Below are positions 1-9,228 of a DNA stretch of 32,000 nt, in pieces. The position numbers and the translations under genes were made by a program. Within the stretch, counting starts at the first letter, position 1, and each line of letters starts with the position of its first letter. Source of the stretch: Copranaerobaculum intestinale (GTDB lineage Bacteria > Bacillota_I > Bacilli_A > Erysipelotrichales > Erysipelotrichaceae); assembly GCF_009831105.1 (NCBI RefSeq), contig NZ_WUUQ01000002.1, forward strand, positions 90,001-122,000, read 5' to 3'. The notes beneath the pieces were generated by a model. It was not told the origin of the DNA. It searched no databases and was given only the letters and a program-made list of their open reading frames with translations.

Positions 1-780
1 TATGAACACACTGGAAAATTTATGGATTTTATGCGTCGTAAAGAATTTTGTAATCAATGCAAGGGCTTGAAATTCTGTGTTCAGCCGCAACCCGGATATT
101 GCTTAAGTCTATATATGGATGATATCCTCATGGAGCGATTGGAGCCCTGTGCTTATCAGCTGGCGCAGGTGAATGACTTTGCTCACAAAAAACAGTATCG
201 CATATGTGACTGTTCCGATGCGATGCTGCGGGTGGATCTTAGCAAGCTGGATGTTTCAAAGGAAAGCAATGAATATAAGAGCATGCTCATGGAAATTATA
301 ATGGAAATTCGGAAGGAAAAGCTGAATAAAGGCATTTATTTTTATGGTCGTCCCGGAGTGGGGAAATCATTTCTTGCCGCAGGCATTACCAATTACTTTG
401 CCAAGCAGGGAAAAACTTGTGCATTTATTCACATACCGACGCTGATCGGTGATCTGAAGCTTTTGTTCCAGGATAAAAGCGCCTTGGATCATAAGCTGAA
501 TCTGATTAAAAATGTCGATGTGGCAGTGTTTGATGACATTGGCGGGGAAACCGTCAGTGCTTGGAGCCGTGATGAAATACTCCTTTCGTTACTGAATGAA
601 CGTATGGAGCAGCGCCGATATACATTGTTTACCAGCAACTATTCTCAAAGTGAACTGCAGGAGCATTTTGCAATCAGTGCACAGGGCTTTAAGGAACCGG
701 TAAGTGCAGATCGGATCATGGAAAGAATTAAAGCGCTTTCTTGTGAAAAATTTATTAAAGGTACGAGCAGAAGGGTATAA
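1..780 (+). CDS. dnaI: Primosomal helicase loader DnaI (5' end probably outside the window)
   Basis: The frame is open from base 1, with no stop before the ATG at 22. An N-terminal Cys cluster (CNQCKGLKFC...C) is followed by an AAA+ loader core with Walker A GRPGVGKSF and Walker B-like VAVFDDIG. Confidence 0.8.
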   Translation, partial: YEHTGKFMDFMRRKEFCNQCKGLKFCVQPQPGYCLSLYMDDILMERLEPCAYQLAQVNDFAHKKQYRICDCSDAMLRVDLSKLDVSKESNEYKSMLMEIIMEIRKEKLNKGIYFYGRPGVGKSFLAAGITNYFAKQGKTCAFIHIPTLIGDLKLLFQDKSALDHKLNLIKNVDVAVFDDIGGETVSAWSRDEILLSLLNERMEQRRYTLFTSNYSQSELQEHFAISAQGFKEPVSADRIMERIKALSCEKFIKGTSRRV

Positions 781-840
781 AAAGCTAGTAAATCTTGTCA
801 GAAAATGTTATTATGTTAGTCGTGAATGGAGGTATTCCAT

Positions 841-1803
841 ATGATAAAACGCATAGGTGTATTAACCTCCGGTGGTGACGCCCCGGGTATGAATGCTGCA
901 ATTCGCGCTGTTACTCGTGTAGCTATCAACAGCGGTATCGAAGTTTTTGGTATTTATGACGGATATCGTGGCATGGTAGAAGGTAGGATCGAACCTTTAA
1001 CCAGGCAGAGTGTCGGTGATATCATCGACCGTGGTGGTACCCTGCTTGGATCGGCCAGACTGCCTGAATTCAAAGATAGTACCGTTCGTGAAAAAGCGAT
1101 CGAGCAGCTGCATAAGCGAGGAATCGAAGCCGTCGTTGTAATCGGTGGCGATGGTTCTTATCGCGGGGCGCTCGCACTGACGGAAATGGGAATCAATTGT
1201 ATCGGTCTGCCCGGTACGATTGACAACGATATTTCCAGTACAGATTTTACGATCGGTTTTGATACAGCGCTTCATACGGTAGTTGATGCGGTCGATAAGC
1301 TGCGCGATACATCCAGTTCACATCATCGCTGCTCAGTGGTGGAAGTGATGGGAAACCGCTGCGGCGATCTCGCGCTTTGGGCAGGACTTGCCTGCGGTGC
1401 GGAAATAGTCGTTACTGCACAGACCGGTTTTGAAGAAACGGAAGTGCTGGAGCGGCTGCGGGATTTTGATCTGGTTCGCAAGAAACGTCATGCGATCGTG
1501 ATCATCTCGGAAAAGATTACTGATGTTCATATGTTTGCCAAAAAGATTTCACAGACAACCGGCTTTTCCGGACGTGCGACAGTATTGGGTCATGTACAAA
1601 GAGGCGGCTCGCCTACGCCGACTGATCGTGTCATGGCTTCCCGCATGGGAGAAAAAGCGGTCGATTTACTGATGCAGGGAATCGGCGGTCAGTGTGTCAG
1701 TATACGTGATAATGCGATTGTTGGAGTTCCGATTGAAGAAGCGCTGAATATTCCGCGTGCTTCAAGAAGACAGCTTCAAAATCTGTTTGACCGTCTGGTT
1801 TAG
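841..1803 (+). CDS. pfkA: ATP-dependent 6-phosphofructokinase
   Basis: N-terminus [24 protein letters not shown] plus GGDGS and TIDND motifs. GGAGG lies 7 nt upstream of ATG 841. The ORF-track ATG at 826 contains that SD, so 841 is preferred. Confidence 0.95.
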   Translation: MIKRIGVLTSGGDAPGMNAAIRAVTRVAINSGIEVFGIYDGYRGMVEGRIEPLTRQSVGDIIDRGGTLLGSARLPEFKDSTVREKAIEQLHKRGIEAVVVIGGDGSYRGALALTEMGINCIGLPGTIDNDISSTDFTIGFDTALHTVVDAVDKLRDTSSSHHRCSVVEVMGNRCGDLALWAGLACGAEIVVTAQTGFEETEVLERLRDFDLVRKKRHAIVIISEKITDVHMFAKKISQTTGFSGRATVLGHVQRGGSPTPTDRVMASRMGEKAVDLLMQGIGGQCVSIRDNAIVGVPIEEALNIPRASRRQLQNLFDRLV

Positions 1804-1823
1804 GATTGTTGGAAAGGAAATGA

Positions 1824-3248
1824 ATGAAAAATATGGAAAGAAGAACGAAAATCATATGTACGATCGGACCGGCTTCTGAAAGCCCGGAAATGTTGGAGAA
1901 ACTGGTATCGGCCGGAATGAATATCACCCGTCTGAATTTCTCTCACGGAGATTATGAAGAGCATGGAAAACGAATTGAAACCATTCGTCAAATCGCCAAG
2001 AAAACCGGTCAGAGTATTGCAATTTTATTGGATACCAAAGGACCGGAGGTACGTTTGGGTGATTTCAAGAACGGTGCTGAAGAATATAAAACCGGCGATA
2101 TCGTAACGCTGGTAAAAGAAAAGATAGAAGGAACTCATGAACGTTTTCATGTACAGTGTCCGGAAATCTTTGAAGATGTTGATGTTGATGGAACTATTTT
2201 AATTGATGACGGTAAGGTACGGCTGACAATTTTGGAAAAGAAGCCGGGTGAGTTGGTATGCCGGATTGAAAATCCTGGTGTTTTGAAAAGCCGAAAAGGC
2301 TGTAACCTTCCGGGCGTAAAACTGAGTATGCCGTTTATCTCTGAGAAGGATGAAGCCGACATTCGTTTTGGTGCGAAAATGGGCGTAGATTACATCGCGG
2401 CATCTTTTACTCGCAGAAAAGAAGATGTATTGGCCATTCGTAAGATTTTAAAAGAGGAAGGCCGAGAAGATATTCAGATTATTCCGAAGATCGAAAACCA
2501 GGAAGGCTTTGATAATTTGGAAGAAATCATCGAAGCTGCGGACGGGGTCATGGTTGCCCGCGGAGATTTGGGAGTCGATGTATCTTTGGAACTGGTTCCT
2601 TTGTATCAAAAGAGTATTATCCGGGTAGCCAATGCAATGGGCAAGCCGGTCATTACCGCAACACATATGCTGGAAAGCATGATGGGCAATCCGCGTCCTA
2701 CTCGTGCTGAAGCAAGTGACGTAGCGAATGCGGTCTTGGATGGAACGGACGGCATCATGCTGAGTGGTGAATCGGCAGTCGGCGCTTATCCAATCGAAGC
2801 GGTACGCACGATGGATAAGATCGCAAAGGCAGTCGAGGAAACCATTCCTTATCGTGAACGCTTGAAGAATGCGATCAAAACCAGCCAGCATACCAAGAAT
2901 GATGCGATTGGTATTGCGGTGGCAGATTCTGTACTGACCTTGGATGTAAAAGCGATCATTGCGTTTACTCAGAGTGGTACAACTGCGCGTCGTATTTCAA
3001 AATTCCGTCCGAAAGCAGAAGTAATCGCAGTTACTTTTGATGAAACGGTACAGCGTTCATTGGCAGCTAACTGGGGTGTCCACACAGTCATCAGCGAAGT
3101 AGCCAACAATCCGAGCAATGAAGTAGAGCTGGCTCGTAAGATTGCGAAAGAATGCGGCTATCAGGTAGGAGATATGATCATCGTAACCGCTGGATATCCG
3201 GTTGGCTGCGGTGCTACCAACGCGATGAAAATAATCGAAGTAAAATAA
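1824..3248 (+). CDS. pyk: Pyruvate kinase (474 aa, no C-terminal PEP-utilizer extension)
   Basis: Motifs TKIICTIGPAS, NFSHG and MVARGDLGV. It lies 20 nt downstream of pfkA, giving the classic pfkA-pyk operon arrangement. Confidence 0.95.
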   Translation: MKNMERRTKIICTIGPASESPEMLEKLVSAGMNITRLNFSHGDYEEHGKRIETIRQIAKKTGQSIAILLDTKGPEVRLGDFKNGAEEYKTGDIVTLVKEKIEGTHERFHVQCPEIFEDVDVDGTILIDDGKVRLTILEKKPGELVCRIENPGVLKSRKGCNLPGVKLSMPFISEKDEADIRFGAKMGVDYIAASFTRRKEDVLAIRKILKEEGREDIQIIPKIENQEGFDNLEEIIEAADGVMVARGDLGVDVSLELVPLYQKSIIRVANAMGKPVITATHMLESMMGNPRPTRAEASDVANAVLDGTDGIMLSGESAVGAYPIEAVRTMDKIAKAVEETIPYRERLKNAIKTSQHTKNDAIGIAVADSVLTLDVKAIIAFTQSGTTARRISKFRPKAEVIAVTFDETVQRSLAANWGVHTVISEVANNPSNEVELARKIAKECGYQVGDMIIVTAGYPVGCGATNAMKIIEVK

Positions 3249-3255
3249 CGAGCAT

Positions 3256-3281
3256 GGGGATGATGAAAATCATCCTTTTTT
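3256..3281 (+). terminator. Intrinsic terminator after pyk
   Basis: Stem ggatgat/atcatcc with a gaaa loop, followed by TTTTTT. Confidence 0.7.
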
Positions 3282-3336
3282 ATGTTTAGAAAGACATTCT
3301 GTGATAGAATAAAACAAGGACAAGGGGGAAACCTTA

Positions 3337-4248
3337 ATGAAGAAATATATCGGAATCGATTTGGGCGGTACAAATGTAAGGGTGGCACGTGTGGATGAAA
3401 GCGGACATATCGAAGCGATGGTCAAATCACCGACGGAAATTATTAACGGCTATGATTTCGTGATGGGAAATATTCTTGCTATGATCAATCAAGTCGACGA
3501 AAAAAAAGAATGTTTGGGAATTGGCATGGGGGTGCCCGGTCCGGTTGATACGGTCGCACAGGTCATGACAATGTCCAGCAATTTGCCGGGATTTGCTCAT
3601 CAGCCGATTGCTGAGCAGATTGAAGCAGCAACCGGTTTGCCGACATTCCTCAACAATGACGGAAACGTAGCAGGTCTTGGGGAAGCCATATTGGGTGCGG
3701 GACGGGGTTGTGATACAGTTTATTATGTAACCCTTTCTACCGGAATTGGCGGTGCGTTGGTCATCAATCAGCGGGTACATGCCGGGAAACACGGTTATGC
3801 CGGAGAGATCGGTAACCTGATGATCGATCGGGGCCGTGAAAAAATCAATCACTTGAATGCGAATGCGGTTGAATGTGAAGCCAGTGGAATGGCGTTGACC
3901 CGTAAGGGCAAAGAACTGTTCGGAGCTGATATTGAGCATGCGGGACACGTCTTTGACCTGGCTCGTAAGCATAATTCCGCAGCGCTCCGGCTGGTGGATG
4001 AAATGGCATATGATCTGGCTTATATGTTTTCCTTGATCGCACATATCTGTGATCCCGATGTATTTGTATTAGGCGGCGGCGTCATGCAGGGAAAGGACCT
4101 GTTCTTACAGCCAATGGAAGCTTATTTTCGAACGATGATCCATGACGGTATGCAGCCGATCCGTTTTGAAGAAGCACAGCTGGAAGAACCTGGCATCATC
4201 GGAGCAGCAATGCTTCCGATGTCATTAATCGAACCATCAAATGAATAG
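3337..4248 (+). CDS. ROK-family sugar kinase (putative glucokinase) lacking the canonical Zn motif
   Basis: N-terminal IGIDLGGTN ATPase motif and ROK signature LSTGIGGALV...GYAGEIGN. SD GGGGGA sits 7 nt upstream of the ATG. The usual GH...CxCGxxGC segment reads GN...HLNANAVEC. Confidence 0.8.
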   Translation: MKKYIGIDLGGTNVRVARVDESGHIEAMVKSPTEIINGYDFVMGNILAMINQVDEKKECLGIGMGVPGPVDTVAQVMTMSSNLPGFAHQPIAEQIEAATGLPTFLNNDGNVAGLGEAILGAGRGCDTVYYVTLSTGIGGALVINQRVHAGKHGYAGEIGNLMIDRGREKINHLNANAVECEASGMALTRKGKELFGADIEHAGHVFDLARKHNSAALRLVDEMAYDLAYMFSLIAHICDPDVFVLGGGVMQGKDLFLQPMEAYFRTMIHDGMQPIRFEEAQLEEPGIIGAAMLPMSLIEPSNE

Positions 4249-4264
4249 AAAGTGAGGAAATGAG

Positions 4265-5506
4265 ATGGAAATCAATGAGAAAATTTTAGAAAAATACGCC
4301 AAGGTAGCGGTAACAATGGGCGTTAACGTACAGAAGGGTCAGACCTTGATTCTAAACACATCGATCGATGCGGTACCCTTGACCAGAGCGGTGGTAAAGG
4401 CCGCTTATGAAGCAGGGGCAAAGCAGGTTCAGGTGAATTACGGGGATGATATTGTCAGCCAATATCACTATACCTATCAGGATCTGGAAACTTTAAAAAC
4501 AGTACCGCAATGGCTGATTGACAGTAAACTCGATTATATGAAGGACGGCACTGCTTGTATGCTGCGCATCTGCAGTGATGTTCCCGGTATTTTAAAAGAT
4601 GTGGATGGAGAAAAGCTGGGAAAGGCAATGCAGGCGAGAGCAGCAGCGATGAAGGAGCTGAATGCTTATACAATGGCAAATAAAATTCAATGGTCGATCG
4701 TAGCCGCACCCAATGCGGAGTGGGCAAAGCAAGTATTTCCAAAGGACGATGAAGAAACTGCGGTTTCAAAATTATGGGATGCCATTTTACATGCAATGCG
4801 TATAGATGAGGAGAATGATCCGATTGCCGCATGGGATGAGCATAACCGTACCTTGGCTGAGCGGGAGCAGAAGCTGAATGATATGAAGCTGAAAAAACTG
4901 CACTTTACCAATGGCAGGGGTACTGATTTAACGATCGAGATTCCGGATGACGGCATCTGGGCGGGGGGTAATGAAAAAACGACTTCCGGTATCGTATTCA
5001 ATCCCAATATGCCAACTGAAGAAATTTTTACGATGCCTTATAAGTACGGGGTTAACGGAACTGTGTACGCCAGTAAGCCACTGGACTATAACGGCAAGCT
5101 GATCGACGATTTCTGGTTTACATTTAAAGACGGCAAAGTGGTTGACTACGGGGCAAAGCAGGAACCGGAAGCATTGAAATCTCTGGTTGAGTTTGATGAA
5201 GGCAGCTGTTACCTTGGTGAAGTCGCGTTAGTACCATATGAATCACCAATCTCATTAAGTAATATCTTATTTTTGAATACACTGTTTGATGAAAATGCTT
5301 CCTGTCATTTGGCGTTGGGTAAAGCATATCCGATGAATATTGTCGGCGGCACGGAAATGAGTGATGAAGAACTGGCAGCGCACGGCGTGAATTTATCTGA
5401 TACCCATGTTGATTTCATGTTTGGAACAGCGGATATGAAGATTACGGGAATTGATCAGAACGGCAAAGAAATACCTATCTTCCACAGCGGAAACTTTGTT
5501 TTTTAA
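4265..5506 (+). CDS. pepS: M29-family aminopeptidase (PepS/AmpS type)
   Basis: 413 aa. The N-terminus (EKYAKVAVTMGVNVQKGQTLILNTSIDAVPL..VVKAAYEAGA) resembles thermophilic-metalloprotease M29 aminopeptidases. SD GTGAGGA precedes the ATG. Confidence 0.85.
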   Translation: MEINEKILEKYAKVAVTMGVNVQKGQTLILNTSIDAVPLTRAVVKAAYEAGAKQVQVNYGDDIVSQYHYTYQDLETLKTVPQWLIDSKLDYMKDGTACMLRICSDVPGILKDVDGEKLGKAMQARAAAMKELNAYTMANKIQWSIVAAPNAEWAKQVFPKDDEETAVSKLWDAILHAMRIDEENDPIAAWDEHNRTLAEREQKLNDMKLKKLHFTNGRGTDLTIEIPDDGIWAGGNEKTTSGIVFNPNMPTEEIFTMPYKYGVNGTVYASKPLDYNGKLIDDFWFTFKDGKVVDYGAKQEPEALKSLVEFDEGSCYLGEVALVPYESPISLSNILFLNTLFDENASCHLALGKAYPMNIVGGTEMSDEELAAHGVNLSDTHVDFMFGTADMKITGIDQNGKEIPIFHSGNFVF

Positions 5507-5517
5507 GAAGGTCTTTT

Positions 5518-5529
5518 GATATAAGCGAT
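5518..5529. repeat. Left arm of a 12-bp perfect inverted repeat (GATATAAGCGAT) flanking the recombinase gene
   Basis: Its exact reverse complement is at 6232-6243. The arm sits inside a local imperfect dyad, ATAAGCGAT|ATCCGTTAT. Confidence 0.8.
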
Positions 5530-5562
5530 ATCCGTTATAAAAGCAGTTTTAATAATATAAAG

Positions 5563-5588
5563 AAGGAGCTATAATCAGCTCCTTTTGA
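5563..5588. terminator. Shared hairpin terminator between convergent pepS and the recombinase
   Basis: 8-bp perfect stem aaggagct/agctcctt with loop ataatc and TTTT on the plus side. It overlaps the recombinase stop codon. Confidence 0.6.
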
Positions 5589-6183
5589 TTTGATGTTCTT
5601 TTACTTTTTTATAAAAGGTCGAATACTTCAAACCGGATAAGGTAATAGCATCTTTACTGCAGAGCTCACCTTTCCGCCATGCTTCTACGATCAATGGAAA
5701 ATCATCCGGCAGTGCGATCTGCGGTCGTCCAAACTGAACCCCTCGCAGCTTTGCGGCTCGAATTCCTTCCATCTGCCGCTGACGGATATTGGTACGCTCA
5801 TTCTCAGCAACAAAGGACAATAGCTGTAACACAATATCTCCGATTAAGGTGCCAATCAGATCTTTTTTTTGATCGGTATCTAAAAGCGGCATATCCAGTA
5901 TTTTGATATCGACCTTTTTCTCTTTGGTGATAGTTTTCCATTCCTGAAGAATTTCATTATAGTTACGTCCCAGTCGATCAATACTCTTAATTACCAGCAG
6001 ATCCCCCTCCCTGAGTTTCTTTCTTACCAATCGCTGATAGGCAGGACGGTTAAAGTCCTTTCCGCTCAGCTTGTCCATGTAGATGAATTTTTTTTCGATT
6101 CCGAACTCCTGCATCTCTAAAATCTGCCGTGCTTCATTTTGATCTTTGGTGGAAACACGGACATACCCATATGTTTTCCTCAT
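5575..6183 (-). CDS. Small serine recombinase (resolvase/invertase type, C-terminal HTH)
   Basis: N-terminal catalytic motif YGYVRVSTKDQ, then LVIKSIDRLGRN, and a C-terminal HTH-like tail (LSGLKYSTFYKKV). At 202 aa with this domain order it is a Hin/Gin/Tn3-resolvase type, not IS607 type. Confidence 0.9.
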   Translation of the reverse strand: MRKTYGYVRVSTKDQNEARQILEMQEFGIEKKFIYMDKLSGKDFNRPAYQRLVRKKLREGDLLVIKSIDRLGRNYNEILQEWKTITKEKKVDIKILDMPLLDTDQKKDLIGTLIGDIVLQLLSFVAENERTNIRQRQMEGIRAAKLRGVQFGRPQIALPDDFPLIVEAWRKGELCSKDAITLSGLKYSTFYKKVKEHQIKRS

Positions 6184-6231
6184 AACACACCTCTTTTACC
6201 AAAATAACATATAAGAAAATTATACTAAACA

Positions 6232-6243
6232 ATCGCTTATATC
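6232..6243. repeat. Right arm of the 12-bp perfect inverted repeat (ATCGCTTATATC)
   Basis: Reverse complement of 5518-5529. It lies in the spacer of a candidate minus-strand recombinase promoter (-10 TATAAT at 6219-6224, -35 TTACAG at 6243-6248). Confidence 0.8.
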
Positions 6244-6293
6244 TGTAATCTTTTTGCTTGGGAATTTATGGAAGATGAGAGCATTCAAAGCAG

Positions 6294-6323
6294 TTGACAA
6301 AGCGTGAGCTTTGGTGTATAAAT
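6294..6323 (+). promoter_or_regulatory. Sigma-A-type promoter of the thrS leader
   Basis: TTGACA (6294-6299), a 17-18 nt spacer, then TGTATAAAT (extended -10). Confidence 0.6.
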
Positions 6324-6329
6324 AGCGTA

Positions 6330-6547
6330 GTAAAACATCGAAAAGGATACGGCAGTCAAATCCTTGATGCAGAGAGAAAGTCGGCTGGTGAAAGGCTTTT
6401 GAAAAGCTTGGCTGTCACTACCTTGGAGTTGTCCCCGAAAGGGTGTACCGTAAATCGGCGTTAACGATGCAGAGGGCATATGAGATTTCATATGAACAAA
6501 GGTGGTACCGCGTAAGACCGACGTCCTTTGGGATTCGGTCTTTTTTA
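6330..6547 (+). promoter_or_regulatory. T-box riboswitch leader, threonine specifier
   Basis: Stem I elements AGAGAG (about 6371) and GGTGAAAG (about 6388). Candidate specifiers ACU ACC at 6417-6422. T-box sequence AACAAAGGTGGTACCGCG at 6495-6512. Terminator gaccga...tcggtc plus TTTTTT at 6516-6547. Confidence 0.85.
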
Positions 6548-6571
6548 TATGCAAAAGAAAGGATAATGAGT

Positions 6572-8302
6572 ATGATTGACATTAAGCAAGATGAGTATTT
6601 AAGCAAACTGAATCACTCCTGTGCACATATGATGGCACAGGCCGTCAAACGCCTGTATCCACAGGCTCAATTTTGGGTAGGACCGGTCATTTCCGATGGA
6701 TTTTATTACGATATTGATCTTGGGGATGAAGTAATCCGTGATGAGGATCTGGCAAAGATCGAAAAGGAAATGAAGAAAATTGCCAAGGACGGCAAACGGA
6801 TCATCCGTGAAGAAATTTCCAAGGCGGATGCTATGGAGATGTTTAAGGATGACAAATATAAGATTGAATTGATCAATGATCTGGAGGATGGAAGCATCAC
6901 GATTTACCGTCAGGGAGAATTCGCTGATTTGTGTCGCGGACCGCATGTGGAAAGTGTAAAGGAGCTGAAGAACTTCAAGCTGCTGAAGCATTCCGGCGCA
7001 TACTGGAAGGGCGATGCCAACAATAAAATGCTGCAGCGTATTTATGGAATCTGTTTTGCGACAAAAGAAGATCTGGAAGCACATTTGCAGATGTTGGAAG
7101 AGGCGAAGAAGCGCGATCATAAGAAACTGGGACGTGAACTGGGTATTTTTATGATGAGCGAATACGCGCCCGGTATGCCGTTTATGCTTCCCAACGGCAT
7201 GATCATTCGCAATTTGCTGGAACAGATGTGGTACGAAGAACATACAAAAGCTGGCTATCAGTTTATTAAATCACCGATCATGATGAGCCGTGAATTGTGG
7301 GAATACAGCGGTCATTGGGATAACTATAAGGAAAATATGTATGTATCTGAGGTGGATGACCGTCAATTCGCAATCAAGCCGATGAATTGTCCGGGCTCTA
7401 TGCTTGCTTATAAGAACGGACTGCATTCCTACAAGGATATGCCGCTTCGTATCGGTGAATTAGGCCAAGTACACCGCCATGAAGCCAGCGGAGCGCTGAA
7501 TGGATTATTCCGAGTCCGTACCTTTACTCAGGATGATGCTCATATCTATATGCGTCCGGATCAGATCGAAAGTGAAGTGAAAAATGTCATCGACATGATT
7601 GATCATTTCTATTCCATTTTCGGTTTAACATACCGTATTGAGCTGAGTACGCGTCCTGAAGAGAAGTATATCGGTGATATTGAAACTTGGAACAAGAGTG
7701 AAGCGGCTTTGGCGCAAGCATGTGAGCATGCCGGTAAAACCTATAAAGTAAATCCGGGAGACGGAGCCTTCTATGGTCCTAAGCTGGATTTCCATATTCG
7801 TGATTCACTGGGAAGAGAGTGGCAGTGCGGTACGATTCAGTTGGATATGAATTTGCCGGAACGCTTTGATCTGACGTATGTGGAACAGGATGGAAGCAAA
7901 GTACGTCCGATCATGCTGCATCGAGTTGTATTTGGATCTGTTGAACGTTTCATCGGTATTTTGATTGAGCACTTTGCCGGAAAATTCCCATTATGGCTGG
8001 CACCTCAGCAGATTGTCGTTGTTCCTGTGCATCATGAACGGCACGCAGACTATGCTCAAAAGGTTCAGGAACAGCTGACAGCGGCAGGGTTTCGAAGCAA
8101 AGTGGATGCCCGCAATGAAAAATTGGGTTATCGAATCCGGGAAGCACAGCTTCATAAAATTCCGGTTCAGTTGGTTGTCGGCGATGGAGAAAAGGATGAA
8201 AATACAGCTACTTTGAGAAGATTGGGAAGTAATGATTCAGAAACATTAAATATTTGTGATATAATAGCAGTGTTGCAAAAGGAAGTTGAGGAGAAACGAT
8301 GA
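6572..8302 (+). CDS. thrS: Threonine--tRNA ligase, short form without the N-terminal TGS domain
   Basis: It starts directly in the editing domain (HSCAHMMAQAV). Class II motifs follow (FRVRTFTQDDAHIY, GAFYGPKLD), then an anticodon-binding domain. AAAGGA lies 8 nt upstream of ATG 6572; ATG 6566 is an alternative. The ORF-track start at 6443 lies inside the T-box leader. Confidence 0.93.
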   Translation: MIDIKQDEYLSKLNHSCAHMMAQAVKRLYPQAQFWVGPVISDGFYYDIDLGDEVIRDEDLAKIEKEMKKIAKDGKRIIREEISKADAMEMFKDDKYKIELINDLEDGSITIYRQGEFADLCRGPHVESVKELKNFKLLKHSGAYWKGDANNKMLQRIYGICFATKEDLEAHLQMLEEAKKRDHKKLGRELGIFMMSEYAPGMPFMLPNGMIIRNLLEQMWYEEHTKAGYQFIKSPIMMSRELWEYSGHWDNYKENMYVSEVDDRQFAIKPMNCPGSMLAYKNGLHSYKDMPLRIGELGQVHRHEASGALNGLFRVRTFTQDDAHIYMRPDQIESEVKNVIDMIDHFYSIFGLTYRIELSTRPEEKYIGDIETWNKSEAALAQACEHAGKTYKVNPGDGAFYGPKLDFHIRDSLGREWQCGTIQLDMNLPERFDLTYVEQDGSKVRPIMLHRVVFGSVERFIGILIEHFAGKFPLWLAPQQIVVVPVHHERHADYAQKVQEQLTAAGFRSKVDARNEKLGYRIREAQLHKIPVQLVVGDGEKDENTATLRRLGSNDSETLNICDIIAVLQKEVEEKR

Positions 8303-9228
8303 AAAAAAGTAAAGCTTTTGCTGCCATTGCTGCTGCGGCGTTGCTGCTGACAGGATGTGCGACAACGGGAAATTCAGATACGCCAAGCGATAAAGTTGAT
8401 GTGTTGGTGCCAAAGGGGGCAACGGCATTATCCTTACTGAATGTGTATCAAGATAAACATGTAAAAGTAAATATTGTAGAAGGTACGGATATTCTGACGT
8501 CAGAAATGGCAAAAGAGGATTCGAAATTTGATATTATCATCGCGCCGATTAATCTGGGAGCGAAAATGATTGAAAAAGGCAATGATGCCTATATGCTTCA
8601 CTCTGTCCTTACATGGGGTAATCTATATGTAGTAGGCAGTGACGGCGCACTTTCTCAGGATGGAGAAATGGCCGCATTCGGTGAAAATGCCGTTCCTCAG
8701 AAGGTTTTTGAAAATGCTTTGGATGTAAATTCCATTACACCGAAAATCACGTATTTCAATGCGGTTGGCGATGCTCAGGCAGAAATGCTGAGCGGTAAAG
8801 CGAATGTCGCACTGTTGGCTGAGCCTGCCGCTACCGCAACGATTGCCAAGGGCAAAGAATCCGGCAAGGATTTTAAAGTGCTGGCTGATTTACAGAAAGA
8901 ATATGCAGCCAAGAATAAAACCGAGCACAACGGTTATCCGCAGGCAGCGATCTTTGTGAAAAAAGGCCGGGTTAAGAGTGCCGAATATGTGATTAAAAAA
9001 GTAGAAAAGTTCACATCAAAAACCGTAAAGAAAAATCCTGATGAAATTGCGAAGCAGGTGAAAAAAGTCGGAGCGAAAAAGCTGGGTGTTCCTAATGAAA
9101 AAATGGCACAGAACACTTGGAGTAAGCTGAATATACATGTTGTCAAGGCGAAGGATGCAAAAAATGATGTAAAAGCATTCCTGAAACTGTTTAATATTAA
9201 ATTCTCAGATGAGATGTTAAGTAAATAA
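8299..9228 (+). CDS. Lipoprotein, ABC-transporter substrate-binding protein (type II periplasmic-binding fold, substrate unknown)
   Basis: Signal peptide with lipobox LLLTGC. The ATG overlaps the thrS stop (ATGA at 8299-8302). SD GAGGAG sits upstream. The body is Lys-rich and SBP-like. Confidence 0.75.
   Translation: MKKSKAFAAIAAAALLLTGCATTGNSDTPSDKVDVLVPKGATALSLLNVYQDKHVKVNIVEGTDILTSEMAKEDSKFDIIIAPINLGAKMIEKGNDAYMLHSVLTWGNLYVVGSDGALSQDGEMAAFGENAVPQKVFENALDVNSITPKITYFNAVGDAQAEMLSGKANVALLAEPAATATIAKGKESGKDFKVLADLQKEYAAKNKTEHNGYPQAAIFVKKGRVKSAEYVIKKVEKFTSKTVKKNPDEIAKQVKKVGAKKLGVPNEKMAQNTWSKLNIHVVKAKDAKNDVKAFLKLFNIKFSDEMLSK

Noticed and set aside
3427-4044. Long antisense ORFs inside real genes: 3427-4044, 2448-2891, 6599-7243, 12390-12908, 25723-26330, 997-1275 and others.
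   Set aside because: Each lies fully within, and opposite to, a gene with clear family motifs. None has an SD, and the translations are low-complexity or Cys/His/Arg-rich, typical of shadow frames.
6443-6571. N-terminal extension of the thrS ORF (track start 6443).
   Set aside because: This stretch contains the T-box sequence and the leader terminator with its T-run. It is a regulatory RNA, not coding sequence.
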